From the NCBI GenBank assembly GCA_963714035.1, contig OY970224.1, positions 2,337,996 to 2,401,995 on the forward strand: a stretch of DNA of 64,000 nucleotides, written 5' to 3'. Shown here one piece after another: positions 12,432 to 21,585 of the stretch (position 1 is the first letter of the stretch; the number at the start of each line of letters is the position of its first letter). The stretch comes from an uncultured Acidobacteriota bacterium. Its GTDB lineage: Bacteria; Acidobacteriota; Thermoanaerobaculia; UBA5066; DATFVB01. The translations under genes were made by a program, and so were the position numbers. Under the pieces are notes generated by a model. The model did not search any database, was not told the origin of the DNA, and saw nothing but the letters and a program-made list of their open reading frames with translations.

Positions 12432-13315
12432 GCGACAAGACGATCGCGAAGGTTCTGCTCCTGGTCGCCGACTCGGAATCGGCGAAGACGGCGACCCGGT
12501 TCGCCGGAGTTCTGGCCGCCCGATGCGGCGCCGCGGTGACCGCGTTCTCGGTCGCGCGCCCGGGCGCGGTCCGCACCGACCTCGAGCACGCGCTCTCCGA
12601 GGCGACGACGACGCTCGGGAAATCTTCCGTCGCGGTCGAAACGGCGATCGTCGAAGGGGACCTGATCCCCGAAGCGGCGAAGAAGGCGAAGGACGGCTAC
12701 GACCTGACGATCTTCGGCGCGTCTTCGAGGACGGGACGCGAGGGCCGCCGTCTCTCGCTCGGCGTCTGGCAGCTCGCCAAGAGCGTCGAGACACCCGTGC
12801 TCCTCATCCCGCGCGAGGCGAAGCCGTCCGTCGAGCGAATCCTCGTCTGTACCGGCGGGGAGCGTTACATCGAGAAGGGCGTGCGGTTCGTCTCGATTTT
12901 GGCGGGCTGCCTCGGCGCGCAGGTCTCGCTCCTCCACATCCTTCCGGTCGCGCCGGAGATGTACCGCGCCTGGGCGCCGGAGCCGCGGGTCCCGGACCGG
13001 CTGCTCGCCGGAGAGAGCCGGCGCGCGCGCGTCCTGCGGGACCAGATCGCGATCTTCCAGAAGGAAGGCGTCGCCGCGAGCCTCGTCCTGGAGGAGAGCG
13101 ACTCGATCGAACGCACGATCTTCGACGTCTGCCGCCGGATCGACGCCCAGCTCCTCGTCGTCGGCTCGTCGCCCATCCGCGGGCGGCTGCGGACATCGAT
13201 GCTGGGAAGCGTCACGCGCGACGTGATCGTCCGCGCGAACGTGCCGGTCCTGATCGTCCGATCGAACCCGGCGGGGCTGCTGCGGGACCTCTGGAAGATT
13301 CTGAGGGAAGGGTGA
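12428..13315 (+). CDS. Tandem universal stress protein (UspA) domain protein
   Basis: Two Usp domains, each ending in an LVVGS...G...GSV-like ATP-binding motif. GTG start at 12428 overlaps the TauE stop (GTGA). Confidence 0.75.
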   Translation: MSDKTIAKVLLLVADSESAKTATRFAGVLAARCGAAVTAFSVARPGAVRTDLEHALSEATTTLGKSSVAVETAIVEGDLIPEAAKKAKDGYDLTIFGASSRTGREGRRLSLGVWQLAKSVETPVLLIPREAKPSVERILVCTGGERYIEKGVRFVSILAGCLGAQVSLLHILPVAPEMYRAWAPEPRVPDRLLAGESRRARVLRDQIAIFQKEGVAASLVLEESDSIERTIFDVCRRIDAQLLVVGSSPIRGRLRTSMLGSVTRDVIVRANVPVLIVRSNPAGLLRDLWKILREG

Positions 13316-13324
13316 GGGGAAGAA

Positions 13325-13493
13325 AACCCGAAGCACGAAATCCGAAATCCGAAACAAATCGAAAATCCGAATTCTCGAAGTAACAAAAAAGGGCGCGCCG
13401 GGGGCCATCCGGTCGATGAAATTCCCGATTCGGGTTTCGAAGCCTGGGGAATTTGAGTCTGTTTCGGATTTCGCGCTTCGAATTTCGAATTTC
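13325..13493. repeat. AT-rich palindromic MITE-like element (CGAAATCCGAAA ... TTTCGGATTTCG family), copy 1, immediately upstream of the kinase gene
   Basis: The left arm cgaagcacgaaatccgaaatccgaaacaaatcgaaaatccgaattc is the inverse of the right arm gaatttgagtctgtttcggatttcgcgcttcgaatttcgaatttcc. Related copies occur at 45880-46100 and 61217-61372. Confidence 0.7.
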
Positions 13494-13594
13494 CGCCGCC
13501 GCGCCGCGGCGGCGCGCCGCTCGTCCTCGCCGAATCGGCAGCGCTTCGTCCCGAACCGGCTCGTCGACGCCTTGCGATAGGATCGCGCAATCCC

Positions 13595-16500
13595 ATGATC
13601 GGAACTCGTCTGGCGAATCGATACGAGATCCTCGCGGAGCTCGGGAGAGGCGGCATGGGCGTCGTGTATCGCGCGAAGGATCCCGTGCTCTCCCGCGAGG
13701 TCGCGGTGAAGCTGATCCCTCCCACGACCCTGACTCCGGAAATGGAGGAGCGCTTCCAGCGCGAAGCGCAGACCGTCGCGCAGCTGGACCATCCGGCGAT
13801 CGTCTCCATCCACGATTTCGGGAACCACGAGGGATCGCTCTTCTTCGTGATGCCGGTCGTGGGTGGCACCAATCTCCGCCGGCTCCTCTGGGAAAAATCG
13901 CTCGTGCTCGGGGACGTCCTGGAGATCGGGATCCAGGTGGCGGAGGCCCTCGACTACAGTCATGCCCGCAGCGTCGTCCACCGCGACATCAAGCCGGAGA
14001 ACATCATGGTCGCGCGCGAGGAAGGCGGGACGCTGCGCGTGCGCGTCATGGACTTCGGGCTCGCGCGGGCGGCCTCCGAGAACCGGCTCACAAAAACCGG
14101 CGCGCTCGTCGGGACGGTCTCCTACTTCAGCCCGGAGCAGATCACGTCCCATTCCTTCGACGGCCGTTCGGACATCTATTCCCTGGGAACGGTGCTCTAC
14201 GAGTGCGTGACCGGAGAACCGCCGTTTTCCGGCGAGATGCAGTCGATCCTCTACCGCATCGTTCACCAGATCCCGCAGCCTCCCCGCGCGGTGGGCGCCA
14301 ACATCCGCGAGGAACTCGAGGAGATCATCCTCCGCTGCCTCGAGAAGGATCCGGCCAGGCGTCCCCAGAAAGCCGGCCTGATCGCGGAGGCGATCAAGCT
14401 CCACCGGGCCAAGCTCCAGGCCGACGAGTCCCGCCGGTCCGTCGTTCTCACCCCGAGCCGCCTGATCCCCCGCCCCGTTCTCGCCCCGTTCATCGGCCGC
14501 CAGAAAGAGTTCGCGGAGCTGCAGCGCCGGCTCAACTCGGCGATTGCCGGCGAGTGCCAGTTCGTCGTCGTCGCGGGCGAGCCCGGCATCGGCAAGACGC
14601 GTCTTCTCGACGAGCTCGCCCGGCTCGCCGAAGCGCTGAACGTCCGCGTCCTGCGCGGGCGCTTCATCGAGCAGGACCGCGCGTTCGCCCACCAGGGGTT
14701 CTGCGAGCTGATCCAGGACTACTTTCGCTCGAAAGAGGCGTCCACGGCCTCCGGCGAGCGGCGCGACTTCTCGGACCTGGCGCCCGAGCTCCTCGCGCTT
14801 TTCCCGGTCCTCGGCGAGATCCCCGAGCTCCGTTCGGCAGCGGCCAGCGACTCGAAGCTTTCCGCCGCGGCGGAAAACCGACGCCTCGAAGACAAGACGG
14901 CGATCTTCGAGCTCCTCGCGCGGACCCTGACCCGGATGGCGGGCGGGAAGCCGCTCCTCCTGGTCCTCGAGAATCTCCACGGGGCGGAGGCTTCGATCGA
15001 GGCGCTCCAGTACGTCGTCCGGCGACTCGGTCCCACGCCGACGTGCATCGTCGCCAGCTACCGCCAGACGGAAGTCGACAAGCGGCATCCGCTCTCCCGG
15101 ATGCTCGACGGCTTCCAGGACGACCCTCGCTTCGCCTCCATGACGCTCGGGTCTTTCTCGCCCTCCGAGCACCGCGCGCTCGTCGAATCGGTGGCCGGCG
15201 GGGCGAAGATCGCCGATTCCCTGGCGCAGCGGCTGCTGGACGCGACGGAGGGAAATCCGTTCTTCACGAAGGAGCTCGTCCGCTCGATGATCGACACGGG
15301 CGGCATGGCGAAGGACCGGACGGGCGAGTGGAATTTCTCCGGAGGGACCGCGATCTCCTCCGAGAATCTCCCCGCCACGATCCAGCAGGCGATCGAAAAG
15401 CGCATCCAGCGACTTCCCGAAGAGCTCCGCGAGGTCCTGTCGGTCGCCTCGGTCCTCGGCAAGAGCTTCGAATTCCGGGACCTCGAGACGATCCTCGAGG
15501 GATCCAGGGACGCCGAGGACCTCGTCGAACGGCTCGTGCGCGAGGGCATCCTGGAGGAGGACCGGGAGTCGCGAGGCGACCGGCTGGCGTTTGCGAGCGG
15601 AATCGTCCGCGACGTGCTCTATTCCGAGCTCTCGCGGCGAAAGCGCCGCTCGCTCCACCGGAAGCTGGCCGAGATCCTCGAGAAGCGGCACGCGGGACGG
15701 CTGGAACGGATCTATCCCGAGCTCGTCCACCACTTCTCCGAAGGGGACGTCCCCGAAAAGACCGTCGACTACGGGCTGAAGCTCGCGCGGCGCTCGCTGG
15801 ACTCCTTCAGCGCCGACGAGGCGATCCGCGCGGTGAAGACGACGCTCGAGTACCTCGAGGACGAGGAGTGGCCGGGAGACCGCGCTCTCGAAGGGGATGC
15901 GCGGATGCTGCTGGCGCGGGCGCACCGCCTGGCGGGCAACGTGGAGGGAGCGCTCGACGAGTCGGAGGCGGCCGTCCGGGTGTTCGATCGCGAAAAGCAT
16001 CCCGACCGGAGCGCGGCCGCCCTGCTCTTCGCCGCGGAGAGCGCCTGGCAGGAGCGCCGCATCGACGAGGCGCGCCGGCTGGTCGAGCGCGGAATCGAAG
16101 CCGCGCGCTCGCGGGAAAAATCCGAGACGCTGTGGAAGCTCCTCTCGCTGGCCGCGACGGTCGCCAATCTCCGCGGGGAGTACCAGAGGGCATCCTCGTA
16201 TCTCGCCGAGATCGAACGTTTCGCGCCGAAGGAAAAGACAGAGGAGCAGGCGATTTCTCCGGGAGGCCGGCTCGCGGTCGGCATGCCCAACCCCGTCGCC
16301 GCGACCGAACCGTCGCTCGTGCAGACGATCGAGGAGGCCGAAGTCCTTCGGAACGTCTTCGAGACCCTGCTCACCACCGACGCGCGCGGCAATCTCGCTC
16401 CCCTGCTCGCCGAGAGCTGGGAAGTTTCCGGGGACGGAATGAAGGTCCGGCTGAAGCTGCGGCCGGACGTGCGCTTCTCCGACGGCTCGCCGCTCGACGC

Positions 16501-19258
16501 CGTGTCCGTCAAGGCCTGCGTCGAACGCAACGTCCGATTGCGCGGCGCGGAGACGCCCGCGGCCTTCGGAGCGATTCTCGGAGTTCGCGAGTTCCTCGAG
16601 AGCGGCGCCGATGCCGTCGCCGGAATCCGGGCGGGCTCCGATGGCGAGCTCCTGATCGAGCTCTCGGAATCCCTGCCGATCTATCCCGCGCTGCTGACCG
16701 ATCCGCAGACGGGCATCAGCCGGGAAAAGGACGGCCGATTCTTCGGCACCGGTCCGTTCCAGACGGCAGAATGGAGTAAGGATCGGATCGTCCTGGAACG
16801 CCATCCGCTCTGGTGGAAGGCGCCGCCGGCCCTGCTCGACAGCATCGAATTCCGAACGTCGTTGTCCGCGGCGGCGATCGCCTCGGGGCTGCGGTCGGGC
16901 GAGATCGACCTCGCGCGAGATCTCCTGCCGCAGGACGTCGAAGAGATCTCCCGCGACCCGCGGTTCCGCCCCGGCTTCGTCGAAACGCCGAAGAAGGACA
17001 CCTATTTCATCCTTTTCCAGACCTCGAGCACCGTCGGCTCGAATCCGGCGATGCGCCGGGCCCTGGCGGGCGTCGTCCGGGCCCAGGATCTGGTCTGGAG
17101 CACGCTCGGGCGATTCGCCCTGCCGGCAACCGGGCTCCTTCCCCCCGGAATTCTCGGTCACGATCCCGGCCGCCGCCGGCCGCATCTGGCCCGCGAGAAG
17201 GCCGCCGAGATGGCGGCATCCTCGGGCCTCACCCTTCCGCTGCGACTCAAGGCGTCCGTCCATCCGATATTCCAGGATCGCTGCCGCGCGCTGACGGCCC
17301 GGATCTTTTCCGCCTGGCGCGACCTCGGCGTGGAGGTCGACGTCGAAACGCCGACGATGGCGGAGTTCCTGGAATCGTGGGGGAAGCCGGGAAACGTCGG
17401 TCTGATGCTCGGCCGATGGAACGCCGACTACGACGACCCGGACAACTTCACCTATTCGCTCTTCCACTCCGGCAACGGGCTCTTGAAGGCGTACTTTTCG
17501 AGCCCGGAGAGCGACCGGCTCCTCGAGGAGGCTCGCTCCGAGAGCCGCCCCGCCGCGCGGGAGGCGCTCTACCGGAAATTCGAGAACGCCCTTCTCGACT
17601 CGGACGTCATCGTTCCGCTCCTCCACGACGTCGACTACCGGGTGGCCAGCCCGGCCGTCCGGGGGCTCGAGCTCCGCAGCAGCGCCCCGTTCGTCAACTA
17701 CGCCGAAATCGGAAAAGTCGCCTCGGTTCCCGAGCCGGCCGAGGCGCCGCTCCGCGCCTGGACCGAAGGAATCGTGCACGTGCCGATCGCGGGCGACTTC
17801 AAGGAGCTCGATCCGGTCTATGCCGATACCGCGCAACAGGTCGAGACGCTTCCGAGCATCTTCGAGGCGCTGACCCGGGACGTCCGGGGAGGGCAGATCG
17901 TCCCGTGGCTCGTCTCCGAATTCGTGGCGGAGGAGGGGGGTCGGAGATTCCGCTTCCGCCTGCGGCCCGGCGTGCGCTTCCACGACGGCCGACGACTCAC
18001 CTCCCGGGACGTTCGAGCGAGCTTCGAACGTTTGCTCCAGACGCCGAAGAGCCAGACGCGATTCCTGCTTTCCTCGGTCCGGGGCGCGGATCGGATCATC
18101 GCGGGGCAGGCGACCGAGCTCGAGGGCTTCCGCATCCTCTCGCCATCGGAATTCCTGATCGATCTCGAGCAGCCGATCGCGTTCTTTCCCGCTCTGCTTT
18201 CCTACCCGGCCCTGGCGATCCTGCCGGAAGGAACGGGCAAGGTGGGTGTCGCATGGCGCGAAGGCTGCGTCGGCACGGGGCCTTTCCGCGTCGTGAGCTT
18301 CGAGCCGGGCCGCCGGCTCGAAACGGAGCGAAACCCGCTGTACTGGCGGGAAGGCCTTCCGAAGAGCGAGGGACTCGTTTTTCACTTCGCCGTGACCCCC
18401 GAGACGATTCGCAACGAGTTCCTCGCGGGACGATATTCGCTCGCCTCCGACCTGCTCCCCGTCGACGCGGAAGCGTTCCGCCAGAACCCGCTGTACGCGC
18501 CGAACTACCGGGAAGTCCCCAGACTCACGACCTATTACGTCGCCTTCAATTCTCACAGGGGTTTCTTCGCGGACCCCGAGCGCCGGCGCGGCATGGCCGC
18601 GGCGTTCAGCGCTCCCGAAATCGTCCGGCGCACCCTCGGCCGCATCGCCGTGCCCGCGACGGGGCTCATCCCGCCCGGACTGCTGGGCGCGGACGCCGCT
18701 TCCGCGGTGAAAGACGCTCGGGCGGCCCGCCCCGAAACTGCGTCCGGCGAGCACACCGTCTCGCGGGAGACGACCGAAATCTCCCTCGTCCTGCACCCGG
18801 TCTTCCTCGGGGAGTTCTCGGCGTTCTACACCGAGCTCCGGCAGATCCTGCGCGAAGCGGGATTCGTGCTTCGACCGGTCAACGGAGACTCGATGCCCGA
18901 GTTCGTCGAGGCCACCGGCCGGGGCGATGCCGACCTGTTCATCGGGCGTTGGAACGCCGACTATCCCGATGCCGACACGTTCGTCCACGGCGTCCTTCAT
19001 TCGCTGGCGGGCAACAATCGAAATTTCTGCTCGAGCCCCGAAATCGACCGGCTGGTCGAACAGGGGCGCACCGAGCTCGACCCGCGCGCGCGCCATTCGA
19101 TCTACCGGAAGGTCGAAGAGTTGATCGCCCGGGAGGTCCTGATCGTCCCGCTCTTCCACGAGCGCCTCTATCGCTTCGCGCGGCCCGAGATCGAAGGGCT
19201 GAACGTCGGTTTCGGCGTGACGGCGGTGCCTTACGAGGAGCTGCGGATCCGACACTGA
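13595..19258 (+). CDS. Giant multidomain protein: Ser/Thr protein kinase, STAND/AAA_16 ATPase, TPR-like region, then two SBP_bac_5 (OppA/DppA-type) solute-binding domains
   Basis: Kinase motifs GRGGMGVVY, VAVK, HRDIKPENI and DFGLA are present. The P-loop is VVAGEPGIGKTRLL. Two ~480-aa family-5 SBP domains follow (LAESWEVSGDG...RFSDGSP and LVSEFVAEEGGRRFRFRLRPGVRFHDG). No TM segment or signal peptide was detected. Confidence 0.85.
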   Translation: MIGTRLANRYEILAELGRGGMGVVYRAKDPVLSREVAVKLIPPTTLTPEMEERFQREAQTVAQLDHPAIVSIHDFGNHEGSLFFVMPVVGGTNLRRLLWEKSLVLGDVLEIGIQVAEALDYSHARSVVHRDIKPENIMVAREEGGTLRVRVMDFGLARAASENRLTKTGALVGTVSYFSPEQITSHSFDGRSDIYSLGTVLYECVTGEPPFSGEMQSILYRIVHQIPQPPRAVGANIREELEEIILRCLEKDPARRPQKAGLIAEAIKLHRAKLQADESRRSVVLTPSRLIPRPVLAPFIGRQKEFAELQRRLNSAIAGECQFVVVAGEPGIGKTRLLDELARLAEALNVRVLRGRFIEQDRAFAHQGFCELIQDYFRSKEASTASGERRDFSDLAPELLALFPVLGEIPELRSAAASDSKLSAAAENRRLEDKTAIFELLARTLTRMAGGKPLLLVLENLHGAEASIEALQYVVRRLGPTPTCIVASYRQTEVDKRHPLSRMLDGFQDDPRFASMTLGSFSPSEHRALVESVAGGAKIADSLAQRLLDATEGNPFFTKELVRSMIDTGGMAKDRTGEWNFSGGTAISSENLPATIQQAIEKRIQRLPEELREVLSVASVLGKSFEFRDLETILEGSRDAEDLVERLVREGILEEDRESRGDRLAFASGIVRDVLYSELSRRKRRSLHRKLAEILEKRHAGRLERIYPELVHHFSEGDVPEKTVDYGLKLARRSLDSFSADEAIRAVKTTLEYLEDEEWPGDRALEGDARMLLARAHRLAGNVEGALDESEAAVRVFDREKHPDRSAAALLFAAESAWQERRIDEARRLVERGIEAARSREKSETLWKLLSLAATVANLRGEYQRASSYLAEIERFAPKEKTEEQAISPGGRLAVGMPNPVAATEPSLVQTIEEAEVLRNVFETLLTTDARGNLAPLLAESWEVSGDGMKVRLKLRPDVRFSDGSPLDAVSVKACVERNVRLRGAETPAAFGAILGVREFLESGADAVAGIRAGSDGELLIELSESLPIYPALLTDPQTGISREKDGRFFGTGPFQTAEWSKDRIVLERHPLWWKAPPALLDSIEFRTSLSAAAIASGLRSGEIDLARDLLPQDVEEISRDPRFRPGFVETPKKDTYFILFQTSSTVGSNPAMRRALAGVVRAQDLVWSTLGRFALPATGLLPPGILGHDPGRRRPHLAREKAAEMAASSGLTLPLRLKASVHPIFQDRCRALTARIFSAWRDLGVEVDVETPTMAEFLESWGKPGNVGLMLGRWNADYDDPDNFTYSLFHSGNGLLKAYFSSPESDRLLEEARSESRPAAREALYRKFENALLDSDVIVPLLHDVDYRVASPAVRGLELRSSAPFVNYAEIGKVASVPEPAEAPLRAWTEGIVHVPIAGDFKELDPVYADTAQQVETLPSIFEALTRDVRGGQIVPWLVSEFVAEEGGRRFRFRLRPGVRFHDGRRLTSRDVRASFERLLQTPKSQTRFLLSSVRGADRIIAGQATELEGFRILSPSEFLIDLEQPIAFFPALLSYPALAILPEGTGKVGVAWREGCVGTGPFRVVSFEPGRRLETERNPLYWREGLPKSEGLVFHFAVTPETIRNEFLAGRYSLASDLLPVDAEAFRQNPLYAPNYREVPRLTTYYVAFNSHRGFFADPERRRGMAAAFSAPEIVRRTLGRIAVPATGLIPPGLLGADAASAVKDARAARPETASGEHTVSRETTEISLVLHPVFLGEFSAFYTELRQILREAGFVLRPVNGDSMPEFVEATGRGDADLFIGRWNADYPDADTFVHGVLHSLAGNNRNFCSSPEIDRLVEQGRTELDPRARHSIYRKVEELIAREVLIVPLFHERLYRFARPEIEGLNVGFGVTAVPYEELRIRH

Positions 19259-19295
19259 GCGGCGCGGGAAAACGTCCCTCCCGTCAGCCCGAGTC

Positions 19296-19597
19296 GAGGC
19301 GATCTGTCATCCCGAGCGAAGCGGCCTGCCGCGCCGACTCGTCCCGCCGAGGCTTCAGCGAAGGAGGAAGCCCTGGCGAAGGCGGGAAGGATCTTCGCCG
19401 GCAGGCGAGTTGCGGGTTGCGAGTGAAGAGTGCGAGACCGGGGCAGATCCTTCGTCGCTTCCGCCTTCGCTCTCCGAGCTACGGCGGACAAGTCGCTCCT
19501 CAGGATGACAAGGTGGGGAATGTCATCCTGAGCGTAGCGAAGGATCTGCTCCGTCGGTTTTCCGCAACTCGCCAACTCGGAACTCGCCAACTCGTAA
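19296..19597. repeat. Composite block of two dispersed repeat families (GTCATCC[TC]GAGCGAAGCG..AAGGATCTG and GGCGAGTTGCGAGTTGCGAGT) between convergent genes
   Basis: Contains gtcatcccgagcgaagcggcctgc, cagatccttcgtcgcttccgcc, ctcctcaggatgacaaggtggggaatgtcatcctgagcgtagcgaaggatctg, plus ggcgagttgcgggttgcgagtg and its inverse gcaactcgccaactcggaactcgccaactcg. Confidence 0.75.
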
Positions 19598-20173
19598 CTA
19601 GTGTTTCAGCGCCGTCTCCAGCTTCCCGGTGTTCGCGTCCACGATCACCGACAGTCCGCCGCTCTTCGACTGGTCCTTCGTGAAATTCAGGTACCAGAAG
19701 GCGCGTCGCGTCTGCGGCTCGGCATCCGATCCGAGCATGACGGCGTAGCCCTGCGCGATCAGGCTGCCGCCGTGCTCCTTCGCCATCGCGTAGAGCTTCG
19801 CGCCGTCCCGGAAGAAGCCGGGCTTGAGATCCGGAATCCGGCCGGACGGGTTCGGCATCGCGAAGCACGTGAGGTATCCGGCGTTGGTCGAAACGAAGAC
19901 GCTCTGCTTCGCGCTCTCCGACCAGAACTGGAGGTTCCAGGCGACCGACGTTCCGTCGGGTTGCAGCGGGCCGAGCACGGTGTTCTCGATCTTCGCCGGG
20001 ACGGCGTCCTTCTTCCACGCCTTCGCGAAACCTTCCGCTTTACCGTACATGTCGGCGAGTGTCAGCGCCGGCTTCGGCAGGGCGACGGTCTTGCACGCCT
20101 CCTGAGCATCTGCCGTCCAAAAAGCAAAGAGCGCGACCGCGGCAAACAATACACGAAACAGGCCGTTCTTCAC
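19598..20173 (-). CDS. Secreted hypothetical protein
   Basis: Signal peptide MKNGLFRVLFAAVALFAFWTADA. No recognised domain. GTG start. Confidence 0.5.
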   Translation of the reverse strand: MKNGLFRVLFAAVALFAFWTADAQEACKTVALPKPALTLADMYGKAEGFAKAWKKDAVPAKIENTVLGPLQPDGTSVAWNLQFWSESAKQSVFVSTNAGYLTCFAMPNPSGRIPDLKPGFFRDGAKLYAMAKEHGGSLIAQGYAVMLGSDAEPQTRRAFWYLNFTKDQSKSGGLSVIVDANTGKLETALKH

Positions 20174-20229
20174 GAAGTCTCCTCCCGCTGTTTTCGCGGA
20201 AGGGTATCACCGGCGAAGCCAGTGGCGAG

Positions 20230-20314
20230 TTGCGAGTTGCGAGTTGCGAGTGACAAACGCCATGACCCGCCACCCGTAACTCGCAAACGCGAAACTCGCC
20301 ACTGCGGCCGCCCC
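20230..20314. repeat. Hairpin repeat of the GGCGAGTTGCGAGTTGCGAGT family
   Basis: cagtggcgagttgcgagttgcgagttgcgagtgacaaacgccatgacccgccacccgtaactcgcaaacgcgaaactcgccactg is an almost perfect inverted repeat. Related copy at 50075-50184. Confidence 0.75.
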
Positions 20315-20360
20315 GCGCGCGTTCGCGCCGCGCACAGGGTTCGACCGGGCTTTCCGCCGA

Positions 20361-21428
20361 TCAGCTTTCCGAGCGCTCCTTGAGCCAGGCGAGAATCGTC
20401 TCGAGCGCGTCGGCCGCGAACGGCCCGCTGCCCATCTGCGTCATTCCCTCGGCCGCGGAAGCGTGCCGCCCGAACACGTGGTCCATGCCGGGAACCTCGA
20501 TGACCCGCGCCGTGCCCGGCCGCCGGGCGTTCACGATCGCCGCGATCCGTTCGTGATCCTCGCGGCTCATGATGAAGTCGAACTCGCCGTGCATCGAGAG
20601 CACCGGCGAGTCGACCCGCTCCCACGCGGCTTCGAGGTTCAATTTCTGGAGCTGCCGGTAGAACGCGAGCGGCCTTCCATATTGATGCTCGGGCTCGGCC
20701 GACCAGATCCCGGCGAGGTCCGGACGCACCTTCGCGATCGCCGCGGGGGTCATTCCACGATTGAGGTAGAGGTCGTAGAACTGCGCCGTCTTCCGCATCC
20801 CGTCATTGACGTCCGCCGGTGCCTTGCCGGAAAGCGTCATCCGGCGGCGCTCGATCTCCATCATGTGTTCGAACCACGTCTTTACCCATCCTCCCGCGAC
20901 GACGTAGCCCGCGACCGGGGCGCCTTCGGCGATGAGCGGAGCGAAGCCTCCGCCGTTGCTCCACCCGAAGACGAAGATCCGGCCCGGATCGACGTCGCCC
21001 CGCGACCGGAGTTGCCGGAATGCGGCCCGGTAGCCGGCGAGCTCCGCGTCGAAATCGGTTGCGCCGCAGACCCCCTCGCTGTCGCCGACACCCGCCTTGT
21101 CGACCCGGTAGAAGAGCATTCCCGAGCGCGCGGCGAGCCCGCGGATCATGGCGGCCGTCGAATCGGTCGCGCCATCCGGCGCTTCCACGGAATCGCACGA
21201 GAGCCAGCCGGCGAGAAAAAGCGCCGGCAGCTTCCCGGAGGCCGAGACGGGCTTCGTCACGATCGTCCGCAGCCTGGTTCCGCCGGGCACGGCGACGCTT
21301 CCGTACTCGACCGTGATGCCCGGATAGGTCTCGTTCCGAGCGCTCTTCCGCGGCAGCTCGCCGGCGAAGGCTCTCGCGGCACCGAAGGCGATGAGCAAAG
21401 CGGCTATCCGCGCCTTCGAGAGTCGCAT
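20361..21428 (-). CDS. Secreted alpha/beta hydrolase (dienelactone hydrolase / S9 peptidase-like)
   Basis: Nucleophile elbow GWSNGG, downstream Asp and His (MDHVF), and an N-terminal signal peptide. Confidence 0.75.
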   Translation of the reverse strand: MRLSKARIAALLIAFGAARAFAGELPRKSARNETYPGITVEYGSVAVPGGTRLRTIVTKPVSASGKLPALFLAGWLSCDSVEAPDGATDSTAAMIRGLAARSGMLFYRVDKAGVGDSEGVCGATDFDAELAGYRAAFRQLRSRGDVDPGRIFVFGWSNGGGFAPLIAEGAPVAGYVVAGGWVKTWFEHMMEIERRRMTLSGKAPADVNDGMRKTAQFYDLYLNRGMTPAAIAKVRPDLAGIWSAEPEHQYGRPLAFYRQLQKLNLEAAWERVDSPVLSMHGEFDFIMSREDHERIAAIVNARRPGTARVIEVPGMDHVFGRHASAAEGMTQMGSGPFAADALETILAWLKERSES

Positions 21429-21449
21429 CTCACGCTTTCTGACTAAGCA

Positions 21450-21573
21450 AACCTCAAGGCGCGGTCAGACGTGCCGGAAGATGCGCGCGGGCGACCGGGC
21501 CGGCGGGCAAGGCGTACCGTGGCGTACGTCGCGCCCGCCGGGCGGTCGCCCGCGTCCCGTATAACGGCGCGTA
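21450..21573. repeat. ~125-bp dispersed element, GCGCGGTCAGACG...CGTACGT...CGTATCACCGCGCC family, copy A
   Basis: Shares termini and an internal ACGTAC core with copies at 37749-37975, 43916-44040 (inverted), 47914-48096, 62883-63010 (inverted) and 63488-63609. Confidence 0.7.
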
Positions 21574-21585
21574 TCACCGCGCCTT

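Noticed and set aside
11546-13315. 589-aa plus-strand ORF.
   Set aside because: Only its last 295 codons (from GTG 12428) form the UspA gene. The upstream part is an out-of-frame overlap of the TauE gene.
12401-19255. 2284-aa ORF on the minus strand.
   Set aside because: It is exactly antisense to the kinase gene. The product is Arg/Asp/Glu-rich and low-complexity with no recognisable domains. This is typical of stop-codon-poor antisense frames in 70% GC DNA.
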